Part shown: positions 8,367-17,400 of the stretch, in pieces
How the letters are laid out: every line of letters starts with the position of its first letter
How positions within the stretch are numbered: the first letter of the stretch is position 1
Source: a bacterium
Lineage (GTDB): Bacteria > Patescibacteriota > Minisyncoccia > UBA6257 > 2-01-FULL-56-20
DNA: 30,494 bases
Direction: 5' to 3'
Assembly (NCBI GenBank): GCA_021801885.1
Contig: JAKABL010000001.1
Span: 1 to 30,494 of the forward strand
Notes under the pieces: model-generated
Seen by the model: the letters and a program-made list of their open reading frames with translations, nothing else
The model's database searches: none
Told to the model about the DNA's origin: nothing
Made by a program: the position numbers and the translations under genes

Positions 8367-8630
8367 TCAGTTCACGCCAGGGATCTTGTTATAGATCCAT
8401 TTCACGGCCTTGTACCCGAAGTAGCCCGCCTCGACCGATACGACGATGCCGAAGACAATGAAAAGCGTCGATATGGGCAGGAAGAGGTCGAAAAGGGCGA
8501 GATAATTGCCCGCCTGGGAAAGCGTGCCCGTGAGGTTCACCGAAAGCGACGCCACGGGAAGCAGCGTAAGCGGGGCGGTAACGAGCCCCAGGAGGTAGAT
8601 GAGGATCTTAAAAAGCCAGTAGACGATCAT
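8367..8630 (-). CDS. Inovirus pVI-like minor coat protein
   Basis: 87 aa, very hydrophobic, ends YKAVKWIYNKIPGVN; ATGA overlap with the pIII-like gene. Confidence 0.75.
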   Translation of the reverse strand: MIVYWLFKILIYLLGLVTAPLTLLPVASLSVNLTGTLSQAGNYLALFDLFLPISTLFIVFGIVVSVEAGYFGYKAVKWIYNKIPGVN

Positions 8631-9955
8631 AGCGTGATGTGCTGGATGAAGCGGAAGATCCAAAAGCCGAGCGCAAGGATGAGCATGAAGGAGATTCCCG
8701 CCTTCAGGGGATCGAAGACGGACGAAAGCGCCGCGTAGGTGGTCGTCGTCATCAAGGTGCTCGTGTTCACGCCTTCCTGGAAATTCTGGAATGCGGACAC
8801 GATGATGCCCGCGTAGCCGAAGGGAACGCGCGTCGAAAGCTGGCTCCACGTGCCATTGAAGGAATCAAAAAGATCAGCCTGCTCGGATGTGTTCGGAATG
8901 AACAAATTGCAGCCCGCTTCTTCGAGATTGCCGACCGGATCGGTAAGGAAGCTCGACGTGGTGAATTGGCAGTTCGCCGCGGTGGATGACGTTTCCCCTC
9001 CCCCGAAGTTGAACATACCGTTCGGGAAGGGTGCGACGGCTGGAGCGGTGTTGCTGATCGTGAAGCTGATGACCGATCCCGTGATGTCGAAGTTCGTCGA
9101 GGTGTTCGCCACTTCGAGGTCGGCGTACCAGGTGCTGGACGGCGGCCCCTGGGGCGTGATGAATTGGTACGTCTGCGGGATCTTGAGCTCGGTATCCGTT
9201 CCGGGCGGTAGGTCGGTGTACGTCGTGGACGCCTCGAGCGTGAGGTTGCCCGGACCCGTGCCGAAGTGGACGGTTACGACCCCGCTCTGGGTGCTCGTCG
9301 AATTGTTCGAGAGGTAAAAATCCCAGTTCGGAAAAGCGCCGATCACCGCGCCGTCGAACGGCTGGAGGAAGACCGGCTGCACGGGCTCCTGGATTGAGTT
9401 CACGTAGTACGTCTCCCAATACTGGCTGCCATCCGTCGGCAGGGATTCGCTCACGCCGCAGGTGTAGCCGTTGTAGTAGAAAAAAGTGAGATAAATGGGC
9501 GTCGCTTGCGTGATGCTCACCGTCGGCACGAAGGAGTTGGTGTTCGCGTTCCATACCGTGCTCATCGGGCCGTACGTGTTGCCGTACGGCGCCTGGCTCG
9601 CGCCCGCATACGTGCTGCCGAACCCACCCGCGCACCCGCCCCCGGTGCCCACGCCGCCGTGCGTGAGAACGTGGCCGCCGGCCGACCATCCGGAATACGG
9701 GCCGTTGTAGCTGAGCTCCGGATCGGTGCTTGTCCCGTTGATCGAGACCATGATGCCGCCCGGCAGGTCGTACCCGCCAAAGCCGAGCTGGACCTTGTGC
9801 CAGTCGATCACAAGGTTGCCGTTCTGGTCGAGGTAGATCGAATCGGGCTGCACGTAGGTCGAGGGGTCGGTGATGCTGTATGCCAACGCGTCATGCGTCG
9901 CAAATATGGAAACGCCAAGCAAGAGCACGAACGCGGCGGCAAAGTATTTCTTCAT
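8627..9955 (-). CDS. Inovirus pIII-like adsorption protein
   Basis: 442 aa; signal peptide (ALA|Y), Gly/Ser/Thr-rich beta-like body, C-terminal TM anchor; positioned between coat genes and the pVI-like gene. Confidence 0.72.
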   Translation of the reverse strand: MKKYFAAAFVLLLGVSIFATHDALAYSITDPSTYVQPDSIYLDQNGNLVIDWHKVQLGFGGYDLPGGIMVSINGTSTDPELSYNGPYSGWSAGGHVLTHGGVGTGGGCAGGFGSTYAGASQAPYGNTYGPMSTVWNANTNSFVPTVSITQATPIYLTFFYYNGYTCGVSESLPTDGSQYWETYYVNSIQEPVQPVFLQPFDGAVIGAFPNWDFYLSNNSTSTQSGVVTVHFGTGPGNLTLEASTTYTDLPPGTDTELKIPQTYQFITPQGPPSSTWYADLEVANTSTNFDITGSVISFTISNTAPAVAPFPNGMFNFGGGETSSTAANCQFTTSSFLTDPVGNLEEAGCNLFIPNTSEQADLFDSFNGTWSQLSTRVPFGYAGIIVSAFQNFQEGVNTSTLMTTTTYAALSSVFDPLKAGISFMLILALGFWIFRFIQHITL

Positions 9956-9983
9956 GGTGGTGGGCGGGGATATTCCATGTCCG

Positions 9984-10232
9984 TTATTGGCCGCGGTGGC
10001 GGATGGCGCCGATCACGAATTCGACGACGACGAGGGCGAGCAGCACGCCGATGATGAGCTCCATGTACGCACTCAAGGAACCGAGCAATGCGGTCGCCTG
10101 GGCGAGGATCTGCGCCGTGAGATCAGACGGAAGCTGGATGGTGTCGGTGGCCGTCTGCGCGAACGCGAAGGCGGGCGCGAGCGCCAGGGTGCCGAGTATT
10201 GAAATGGCGATGGTGATTCTTTTCATGCGCAT
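9984..10232 (-). CDS. Inovirus major-coat (pVIII)-like protein 2
   Basis: 82 aa; signal peptide ending AFA|Q, amphipathic helix, TM helix, basic end RHRGQ. Confidence 0.7.
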   Translation of the reverse strand: MRMKRITIAISILGTLALAPAFAFAQTATDTIQLPSDLTAQILAQATALLGSLSAYMELIIGVLLALVVVEFVIGAIRHRGQ

Positions 10233-10302
10233 ACGCGAAGGGGTGTCCTCACTCGATACATCCCCTCGCCTATACGCCCTAAGCGGGGCGGCAAAGCTGC
10301 GC

Positions 10303-10575
10303 TTAGTGGACGCGGGCCCGGGACTTCGGAAGGAGGCCGATGACCTGCTTCGCGAAGTAGAAGACGAGCGGGACGGCGGCGGCGATGATGACGAGGCCGA
10401 GGATGCCCGGATCGGTGAAGATGTTGGACACCGAAGCCAGGAGATCCGTTACCGTCGAAGACGGCACCGTAAGCGTTCCCGCGGGGATCGTCTGCGCGTG
10501 AGCGGCGGCGACGGCAATTGTGCCGAGGACCGCGGCGCCAGCGCCCGAGACCCACATGGAGATCTTCTTGATCAT
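10303..10575 (-). CDS. Inovirus major-coat (pVIII)-like protein 1
   Basis: 90 aa from ATG 10575; signal peptide ending AHA|Q, amphipathic and TM helices, basic tail LLPKSRARVH. Confidence 0.75.
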   Translation of the reverse strand: MIKKISMWVSGAGAAVLGTIAVAAAHAQTIPAGTLTVPSSTVTDLLASVSNIFTDPGILGLVIIAAAVPLVFYFAKQVIGLLPKSRARVH

Positions 10576-10616
10576 GGTGGATGCGATATTGATTTGTATG
10601 CGACCTTTGTTCTCAT
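10572..10616 (-). CDS. 14-aa mini-ORF (MRTKVAYKSISHPP) linking two genes by ATGA overlaps
   Basis: Its start overlaps the stop at 10613-10615 and its stop overlaps the coat ATG at 10573-10575. Confidence 0.4.
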   Translation of the reverse strand: MRTKVAYKSISHPP

Positions 10617-10738
10617 AGCCAGGTATCAATGAAAGTGAAGAAAAGCGCGTGGGCGGTTGTCATGCCGAACAGGACGAGAATCCATGAGGGATTCACCACT
10701 TGAGACCACGCGAGGAAAATTTGATCGAGCGGGGGCAT
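10613..10738 (-). CDS. Small hydrophobic protein, 41 aa (pIX-like position)
   Basis: MPPLDQIFLAWSQVVNPSWILVLFGMTTAHALFFTFIDTWL; starts 1 nt after the previous stop. Confidence 0.6.
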   Translation of the reverse strand: MPPLDQIFLAWSQVVNPSWILVLFGMTTAHALFFTFIDTWL

Positions 10739-10739
10739 A

Positions 10740-10883
10740 TCAGGGGTTCCGGATGACGACCTTGATCCACTTGCTGCCCGTAATGCCGAGGAAGATCCCG
10801 ACCACACCGTCCACGAGCGCCACGATGAAGAAATCGAGGGCGAACGTAACGAGGATGAGGGCGAAGAAATACTGGAAGGTCAT
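10740..10883 (-). CDS. Small hydrophobic protein, 47 aa (pVII-like position)
   Basis: MTFQYFFALILVTFALDFFIVALVDGVVGIFLGITGSKWIKVVIRNP; ATGA-coupled to the upstream gene. Confidence 0.65.
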   Translation of the reverse strand: MTFQYFFALILVTFALDFFIVALVDGVVGIFLGITGSKWIKVVIRNP

Positions 10884-11053
10884 GCAGGTCGGAAATGATC
10901 GTTATCGTCGTCGAGCGGCTCGTAATGGTAATCGTCGTCATTGTCGCGTTTCCCCTTGTCGGCATTTTCGGGAACCGACCAAATGAGGGCGACGAGGACG
11001 AGGATCATCGAGAGGCCGCCTGCCCAAAATCCGTTGAAAAAATACCAGTTCAT
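10880..11053 (-). CDS. Small membrane protein, 57 aa, acidic C-terminus
   Basis: MNWYFFNGFWAGGLSMILVLVALIWSVPENADKGKRDNDDDYHYEPLDDDNDHFRPA; ATGA overlaps at both ends. Confidence 0.65.
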   Translation of the reverse strand: MNWYFFNGFWAGGLSMILVLVALIWSVPENADKGKRDNDDDYHYEPLDDDNDHFRPA

Positions 11054-11193
11054 TTTTTGAATATCTTTTGCCACCAGGACTTTTTCGGCGGGATGTAGAA
11101 TCCCAACGGACGGGGCGGCCGCCTGATCTGCGTCATGCGCTTCGCGAGCCAGTAGAGGATGATGAATCCGATGATGGTGAGAATGGGTGTCAT
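11050..11193 (-). CDS. Small membrane protein, 47 aa, basic C-terminus
   Basis: MTPILTIIGFIILYWLAKRMTQIRRPPRPLGFYIPPKKSWWQKIFKK. Confidence 0.65.
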   Translation of the reverse strand: MTPILTIIGFIILYWLAKRMTQIRRPPRPLGFYIPPKKSWWQKIFKK

Positions 11194-11195
11194 GG

Positions 11196-11348
11196 CTAAT
11201 CGTCGTCGTATTCTTCGTCGTCGAAATCATCTTCCTCAAGATCGTCTTCGACATCATCCAATTCGCGTTCGGCGTCGTGGCACGCGCAGTCGCATATCCT
11301 GCCGCCGTCGCACCAGTAGCTGTCATCGCAAATCGAACAGGCGATCAT
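11196..11348 (-). CDS. Cys-rich, highly acidic 50-aa protein
   Basis: MIACSICDDSYWCDGGRICDCACHDAERELDDVEDDLEEDDFDDEEYDDD; 6 Cys and 23 Asp/Glu. Confidence 0.65.
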   Translation of the reverse strand: MIACSICDDSYWCDGGRICDCACHDAERELDDVEDDLEEDDFDDEEYDDD

Positions 11349-11394
11349 GGTTTTATTCTGGAGCGGCAGTCTCAAGATTTCCGCGGGGCCAAAG

Positions 11395-11584
11395 TGTGCA
11401 TAACTGCCGCCACAAAACTTGTCCACACTTTGGCAGTGGAAATAAAAAGCGAAAGGGGCAAATATATCATTAAGCGAAACAAGGAAATGAAGCGGAAACC
11501 CAAGAAAAAACACGGAGGGGGCAAATCTTAATTAATTAAGAAATTAATTAATATATTTGCCCCTATGCACTGCAAGGGTATAAT
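11395..11584. promoter_or_regulatory. Divergent control region with repeated operator-like boxes and the HEPN gene promoter
   Basis: 14-bp inverted repeat 11454-11467/11551-11564; GGGGCAAAT three times; palindrome CTTAATTAATTAAG at 11527-11540; TTGCCC-N16-TATAAT at 11557-11584; DnaA-box-like 9-mers at 11395-11403 and 11419-11427. Confidence 0.6.
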
Positions 11585-11591
11585 GGTGGAC

Positions 11592-12188
11592 ATGAGTGAT
11601 ACGGCGAAAAAATTTTTTGAGGAGCACAAGCTAGAGCTTGGTGAAGTTGGAGAAATAATCACTGTTTTCAACAGGATTGAAAATATTGTAGTAATGCTTA
11701 TAAGTAATGCTTTCGCCTCAGTTTACGGACAGGAGCGAATAATTTTGATAAACGACACATTGAACGATGGCAATATTTTTGAAACTTTCGAGCAAAAAAT
11801 AAATTTTCTCGAAAAAGTCATTTCGAGAGTTGCTATGATTGCCACTAAAAGAAGCGAGTCGTTTGATGAAAAAAAGTACCTTGCCGTTTGTAAATCCATA
11901 AGAAATATTCAAAAATATAGAAATAAAATTGCTCATATATCCCTTGCCTTCTCTCCTGAAGGTAAGGCGGTAATTTTTAAACGCAAAAAAGATAAAGAAT
12001 TATTGACCACAAAAAATGGCAGCTTCAACAAAGAAGAGCTCGATCTAAAAGATATAAAGGAAAAAATCTGGGCGGTTTATCAGGAGGCGGAAAACGTGCT
12101 GATTAAAGAAGGTTCTACCCAAATGCTTAATATCCTTCTGAAAGAGGAATTTCAAAACCTCAATCGCATCAAGAAATCTAAAACTTGA
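11592..12188 (+). CDS. HEPN-domain protein (putative RNase toxin/defence factor)
   Basis: RNKIAH (Rx4H) motif; N-terminal helix GEIITVFNRIE; markedly AT-rich. ATG 11592 chosen because the upstream ATGs overlap the promoter. Confidence 0.7.
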   Translation: MSDTAKKFFEEHKLELGEVGEIITVFNRIENIVVMLISNAFASVYGQERIILINDTLNDGNIFETFEQKINFLEKVISRVAMIATKRSESFDEKKYLAVCKSIRNIQKYRNKIAHISLAFSPEGKAVIFKRKKDKELLTTKNGSFNKEELDLKDIKEKIWAVYQEAENVLIKEGSTQMLNILLKEEFQNLNRIKKSKT

Positions 12189-12489
12189 TCCGATAATACG
12201 TCGCTTTGCGGAAAAACCCGCGGCCTTTCTCTGGATCTTTGAACGTCGTAGTCCACTGCTCCAAAAATCCTTTTTTGACGAGCGTGTTTTTGGCGCACCG
12301 GGCAGCCTTGTAGGTGATCCCGAGGCAGTTCGCGATCTTCACGAGCTCGACCATTTTCGGCACGCGGATGTTCCCAATCTCCTCCACGAACGCCTGATAC
12401 ACCCTTGTCTGCCTATCGGTGAGCTGGCGCAAGAGAACGGACCGCGTAGCCGCGCTCGATACTGCGCCGAGACGGGTAAATCCTTCCAT
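12178..12489 (-). CDS. Winged helix-turn-helix DNA-binding protein
   Basis: LTDRQTRVYQAF...IANCLGITYKAARCAKNTLVKKGFLEQ pattern. Confidence 0.7.
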   Translation of the reverse strand: MEGFTRLGAVSSAATRSVLLRQLTDRQTRVYQAFVEEIGNIRVPKMVELVKIANCLGITYKAARCAKNTLVKKGFLEQWTTTFKDPEKGRGFFRKATYYRIKF

Positions 12490-12637
12490 GATTTTTCGGG
12501 GTTATCGCCCGCGAGCAATCCCGACAAAGAACCGCGACCATTTCGTCTTGTCGGCCGAAGTGATAGATCTTGCGGCAGCGGCGGTCGCACCGAACGCACG
12601 TTTCCCAGCGGGAAAACCGCTTTCTTTCTTTTTGCAT
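12413..12637 (-). CDS. Small putative zinc-ribbon protein
   Basis: 74 aa with CVRC...CRDC; overlaps the wHTH ORF by 77 nt. Confidence 0.45.
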   Translation of the reverse strand: MQKERKRFSRWETCVRCDRRCRKIYHFGRQDEMVAVLCRDCSRAITPKNHGRIYPSRRSIERGYAVRSLAPAHR

Positions 12638-12664
12638 CTCATAGGGGCGTTTAGATTTGCCGAC
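12634..12664. repeat. Right end (attR-like) of integrated element
   Basis: GCATCTCATA-GGGGCGTTTA-gattt-GCCGAC, an inverted copy of 1228-1261, located just past the rplK terminator. Confidence 0.6.
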
Positions 12665-12679
12665 CTTTTGGATGCAACG

Positions 12680-12707
12680 AAAAAGCCGATCAATTACGAT
12701 CGGCTTT
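12680..12707 (-). terminator. Intrinsic terminator of rplK
   Basis: AAAGCCGATC-aattac-GATCGGCTTT, with a T-run on the minus strand. Confidence 0.8.
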
Positions 12708-12768
12708 CGCCAGGGCGCCCAATGATAATTTTGGGCGAACCCTGATTTTATTGATCTTTTAAACTATT

Positions 12769-13194
12769 CTACGAGGTAACCTCAATTCCCATGTTCTTCG
12801 CCGTGCCGGCGATGATCTTCTCAGCGGCATTAAGATCGTCGGTGTTGAGGTCGACAAGCTTCTTTTCGGCGATTGCGCGGATATCCGCTTTGCTCACCTT
12901 GCCAACTTTGCTCTTGAGAGAATCAGCGGCACCCTTCTCGATGCCAGCGGCCTTCTTGAGAAGCGCGGAAGCGGGAGAGGTTTTAAGTACGAATGAAAAC
13001 GAACGATCCTCGTAGATGGTGATCTCCGCAGGCACCACATCGCCCTTCATGTCCTTCGTGGCGTCGTTGAACTGCTTGCAGAAATCCTGAATATTGATGC
13101 CCTGAGGGCCGAGCGCGGTACCCACCGGAGGCGCAGGATTCGCACCGCCCGCGGGGAGCTGGAGCTTCAGAACGGTTTTGATCTTCTTGGCCAT
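12769..13194 (-). CDS. rplK: 50S ribosomal protein L11
   Basis: [20 protein letters not shown]...[10 protein letters not shown]...[10 protein letters not shown]. Confidence 0.98.
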   Translation of the reverse strand: MAKKIKTVLKLQLPAGGANPAPPVGTALGPQGINIQDFCKQFNDATKDMKGDVVPAEITIYEDRSFSFVLKTSPASALLKKAAGIEKGAADSLKSKVGKVSKADIRAIAEKKLVDLNTDDLNAAEKIIAGTAKNMGIEVTS

Positions 13195-13203
13195 AACTCG
13201 AAT

Positions 13204-13232
13204 ATGATACTCGATAATGTCGTTTTAAGCAA
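13204..13232 (-). promoter_or_regulatory. sigma70 promoter of rplK
   Basis: TTGCTT-N17-TATCAT, 9 nt before the ATG. Confidence 0.55.
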
Positions 13233-13285
13233 GAGGGAAGGAAAGGGCATTCTGCACCCTTTTCCACCCCCCTCCCCTTAAATAT

Positions 13286-13780
13286 CTAGAACGGGATATC
13301 TTCGGGTTTGATCTCTTCGTCCTCCAGATTGATGACGGGGATATCATCGAGGGAAGGCGCATCTGCGCCCTTATCGGCCCCTCCAGAAGGCATGGCTTCC
13401 ATATCCGCCCCGGAGCCGGCGCTGCCGCTTCGGAACCCTCCCCCACCGCCGGTAGGACGAGGACCGAGCTGAAATCGCTCGCACATGATCTCGGTCGTCC
13501 GCCGCTGCTGCCCCTGCTTGTCGGTCCAGCTGCGCGTCTGCAAACGCCCCTCCACGAGGACGGTCGAGCCTTTCACGAGATACTGGCCCGCCACCTCCGC
13601 CTGACGCCCCCAGATCACGATATTATGGAATTCCGTATCTTCCTGCTTGGCTCCCGCCTTATCGGTCCAGGTACGATTGGTCGCCACCCCGATCGTCACG
13701 ACCGACTGCCCCCCGGGGGTCGTCCGAAGTTGCGGGTCCGCCGTCACCCGGCCTACGATGATCACTTTATTGAAATCCAT
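13286..13780 (-). CDS. ssb: Single-stranded DNA-binding protein
   Basis: NKVIIVGRVTADPQLR...TEFHNIVIWG...VEGRLQTRSW; acidic tail ending EDIPF. Confidence 0.98.
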   Translation of the reverse strand: MDFNKVIIVGRVTADPQLRTTPGGQSVVTIGVATNRTWTDKAGAKQEDTEFHNIVIWGRQAEVAGQYLVKGSTVLVEGRLQTRSWTDKQGQQRRTTEIMCERFQLGPRPTGGGGGFRSGSAGSGADMEAMPSGGADKGADAPSLDDIPVINLEDEEIKPEDIPF

Positions 13781-13907
13781 GGATATGAAGGGTTATTTGA
13801 TTAGGTTCGACCCCTGTATGGTACCACTATACGCTAAATGTTCTCCGAAGAAAAGTTCAAAGAATCCTCAATCCCCGGAAAGAGGGTCTCAAAAAAAAGC
13901 AGCGAAA

Positions 13908-13934
13908 ACAACGGCCCTCATTGAGGGCCGTTGT
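13908..13934 (-). terminator. Intrinsic terminator of rpsF
   Basis: ACAACGGCCCTC-att-GAGGGCCGTTGT. Confidence 0.75.
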
Positions 13935-13938
13935 GCGT

Positions 13939-14376
13939 TTATCCGAGGATCTCTTCCAGTTTCTTTTCGAGCGCCTCATTGCTGAGAGGCTTGGGGGCCG
14001 CAGAGCGCGGCTCTCCCCCGGGCCGGACCGCATGGGGCCGTTCGCCCATTGCAGGAGATGCACCGCTCGCGGCAACCGGACGGACAGAGGGCTTGGGAAG
14101 CTTGACCACCAGCGCGCGGAGGACGTCGGCGCGAAGGCCGAGCGCATGCTCAAGTGCCTTCACCTCGTCGCCATAGGCCTTAAAGGTGATGCTCGCGAAC
14201 ACGCCCTCCTTATGCCCCTTGATCTCATACGCGAACGCGAGCTTCTTTGCCCGTGCCTCGGACGTAATGTCGGCATGGTGCTCCGCAAGGAGTGCAAGCA
14301 CGCCTGGGAGATCTTCCTCGCGGAGGATCAATACGCCAAGCTCATATTCTTTTTTGTCCTTTTCTTCGTTCGTCAT
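13939..14376 (-). CDS. rpsF: 30S ribosomal protein S6
   Basis: KEYELGVLIL...KKLAFAYEIKGHKEGVF...DVLRALVVK, plus a low-complexity C-terminal extension. Confidence 0.9.
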   Translation of the reverse strand: MTNEEKDKKEYELGVLILREEDLPGVLALLAEHHADITSEARAKKLAFAYEIKGHKEGVFASITFKAYGDEVKALEHALGLRADVLRALVVKLPKPSVRPVAASGASPAMGERPHAVRPGGEPRSAAPKPLSNEALEKKLEEILG

Positions 14377-14431
14377 GATGATAGTGGAGATAACGGGCTA
14401 ATGGTAGCAGGATCGGGGAGAAATGTCCAGA

Positions 14432-17400
14432 TTAGCTGCCCGCCATGGCGGCTTCCTCTTCTTCCTCCTCCATTTCGGCCTCGTGGAGAATGGCGTCAGA
14501 GACGATCTCTTGCTTTCCCGCAGGAATAAGGCGCCCAATAATGACGTTTTCCTTGAGGCCGCGGAGCTTGTCGATCTTACCTTCAATGGCGGCCTTCACG
14601 AGCACGCGCGACGTGTCCTGGAAGGATGCCGCCGAAAGGAACGATTCCGCGGAAAGGGCGATGCGGGTGATGCCGAGGAGCGTCTCCTCTGATTTCGCAG
14701 GCTTGCCGCCCTGCTTCTTGATCTCGCGGTTCACTTCGAGGAAGCGGGACTTTTCCACGACCTCGCCCATCACGAAATCAGGAGCATCACCGCCGTCCGT
14801 GATCTTCACGCGGGAGAACATCTGGCGCACGATCATTTCGATGTGCTTGTTGTTGATGGACGCGCCTTCCGACGCATAGATCTTCTGCACTTCGTTCACG
14901 ATATAGCGGCTCGCTTCCTTCATGCCCCTGTGGGCATAGAGCTCATGGATATCGAGATTGCCTTCCGAAAGGCGATCGCCTTTCTTCACCGTGTCGCCCG
15001 CCTGCACAAAGAGGACCGTGCCGCGCGGAACGCTGACATCCGTCGCTTTGCCCTTCTTCGTCTCGGGAATGAAGCGGACCACCTTGAGCGTGCCGCGCTC
15101 TTCGATCTTGTCCACCGTGCCGTCGAACGGCGCGAGGATGGCGCGCCCTTTCGGCGCGCGGGTCTCGAAGATTTCTTCCACGCGCGGCAGACCGTGGGTG
15201 ATGTCGGCGCCGGCAACGCCTCCCTGGTGGAACGTACGCATGGTGAGCTGGGTGCCCGGCTCGCCGATGGATTGCGCGGCGAGTACGCCGACGGCGGTAC
15301 CGAGGGCGGCCGGCTTATTGCTCGAAAGGTCGTACCCGTAACATTTCATGCAGATCCCATAGAAGGTCTTGCAGGTGATCGGCGAACGAACGACGACATG
15401 ATCGATCTTTTCGGCCGCTTCGATCGCCTCCGCGGTCTCCTGGTCGATGGTCTCGCCCGCATGCACGAGGATCTTGTTGCCCACTTTCACGTCATCGAGT
15501 GCCGTGCGCGAGAAAAGGCGGGATGCAAAGCTCTGATTGAACTCCTTGCCGTCGGCACGCGCGATCTCGATGCCTTCCTTCGTATGGCAGTCCTCTTCGC
15601 GGATGGTAAGGTCCTGGGCCACATCGACGAGACGGCGAGTGAGATATCCTGCCTGCGCGGTCTTGAGCGCGGTGTCAGTGGTACCTTTGCGCGCCGCGTG
15701 GGTCATAATGAAATACTCGAGAATGGAAAGCCCTTCCTTGAACGAAGACTTGATCGGAAGTTCGATCGTTTCGCCCTTCGGATTCTGCACGAGACCCTTC
15801 ATACCCATCATCTGGATCGGCTGGGACCAGGATCCGCGGGAGCCTGAATTGACGATCTGATAGATCGGGTTGTCTTCGGGGAAGATGTCCGCGATGAGCT
15901 TCGCAAGGTCGTTCTTCACCTTCTCCCATACGCTGATCACGCGGCTGCGGCGCTCGACCGGCGTAAGAAGGCCTTCGTCGTATTGCTGATGGATGAGCGC
16001 GACCTCGTTGTCCGCCTTTTCGATCATGTCTTTCTTCTGCGTCGGCACGAGGAGGTCCGCCATGGCCCAGGTGATACCGGAGATGGTCGCCGTATCGTAG
16101 CCCAGACTCTTCACGCGATCAATGACATCCCGCGCGGCATCCATGCCCTTCACGGCAAACACACGACCAAGGAGCGCATTGAGCTTCTTCTTGGTGACGA
16201 GCTCGTTCACATAGGGAATGGTCCCGTTGAGCGCCTTATTGAAGATGAGGCGACCGGCCGTGGTGGGTTCGTCCATACCGAGAACCTTGATCGGCGTATG
16301 AAGCTTGATATGGCCGAAATGATACGCGAGCATGACCTCGTCGTAATCCGCGAAATGCTTGACGTCGGCGTTCTCCGGAAGCGTGTCCATCCGGGTGATG
16401 TAGTAGCTGCCGAGCGCGATGTCGTTCCACGGGCCCGGTACGAGGTCTCCCGTCGCAGGCTTCAAAAGGTTCTTGCCTGCGGACATGATCTCGCGCGCCT
16501 CCTCCTGGGCTGCCACGGAAAGCGGGAGGTGGACGGCCATCTGGTCGCCGTCGAAGTCCGCGTTGAACGCAGCGCACACGAGCGGCGGAAGCTTGATGGC
16601 AAGGCCTTCGACGAGCTGCGGACGGAACGCCTGCACCGAAAGGCGGTGGAGCGTCGGCGCGCGGTTCAGAAGCACGTACTTGTCCTTGATGATCTCTTCG
16701 AGCACGGCGAGGACTTCCGGCGTGTGCTCTTCCATGAAGCGGGATGCGGAGCGCATGTTGTGCGCCATGCCGCGCTTGATGATCTCGCTGATGACGAAAG
16801 GACGGAAGAGCTCGAGGCCCATGCGCTTCGGAATACCCATCTCGTCGATCTTGAGCTTCGGACCGACCACGATGACCGAGCGGCCGGAATAGTCCACGCG
16901 CTTGCCGAGGAGGTTCTGGCGGAAGCGTCCCTGTTTGCCCTTCAACATGTCGGCAAGCGAACGGAGCGGACGGCGCTGTGCGGACATCTGCTGCGTGCCG
17001 AACCGCGCAGAGTTGTCGATGAGCGCGTCAACGGCCTCCTGGAGCATGCGCTTTTCGTTGCGCACGATGACATCCGGGGCTTTGATCTCGAGAAGCTTCT
17101 TCAGGCGGTTGTTGCGGTTGATGACGCGGCGATAGAGATCGTTGAGATCGGAGGTTGCGAAGCGGCCTCCGTCGAGGGCCACCATCGGACGAAGGTCCGG
17201 AGGAAGCACCGGGAGCACGTTCATGACCATCCATTCGGGACGCTGCCCATTGCGCACCATCGCCTTGAACATCTTGAGGCGGCGAAGAAGCTTCGACTGC
17301 GCCATGGGATCGCGCGCGCCTTCGAGCTCTTTCTCGATCGCGGCGACCTCTTTCTTGAGGTCCATCTTCTGGAGGATCGACTGCACCGCCTCTGCGCCGC

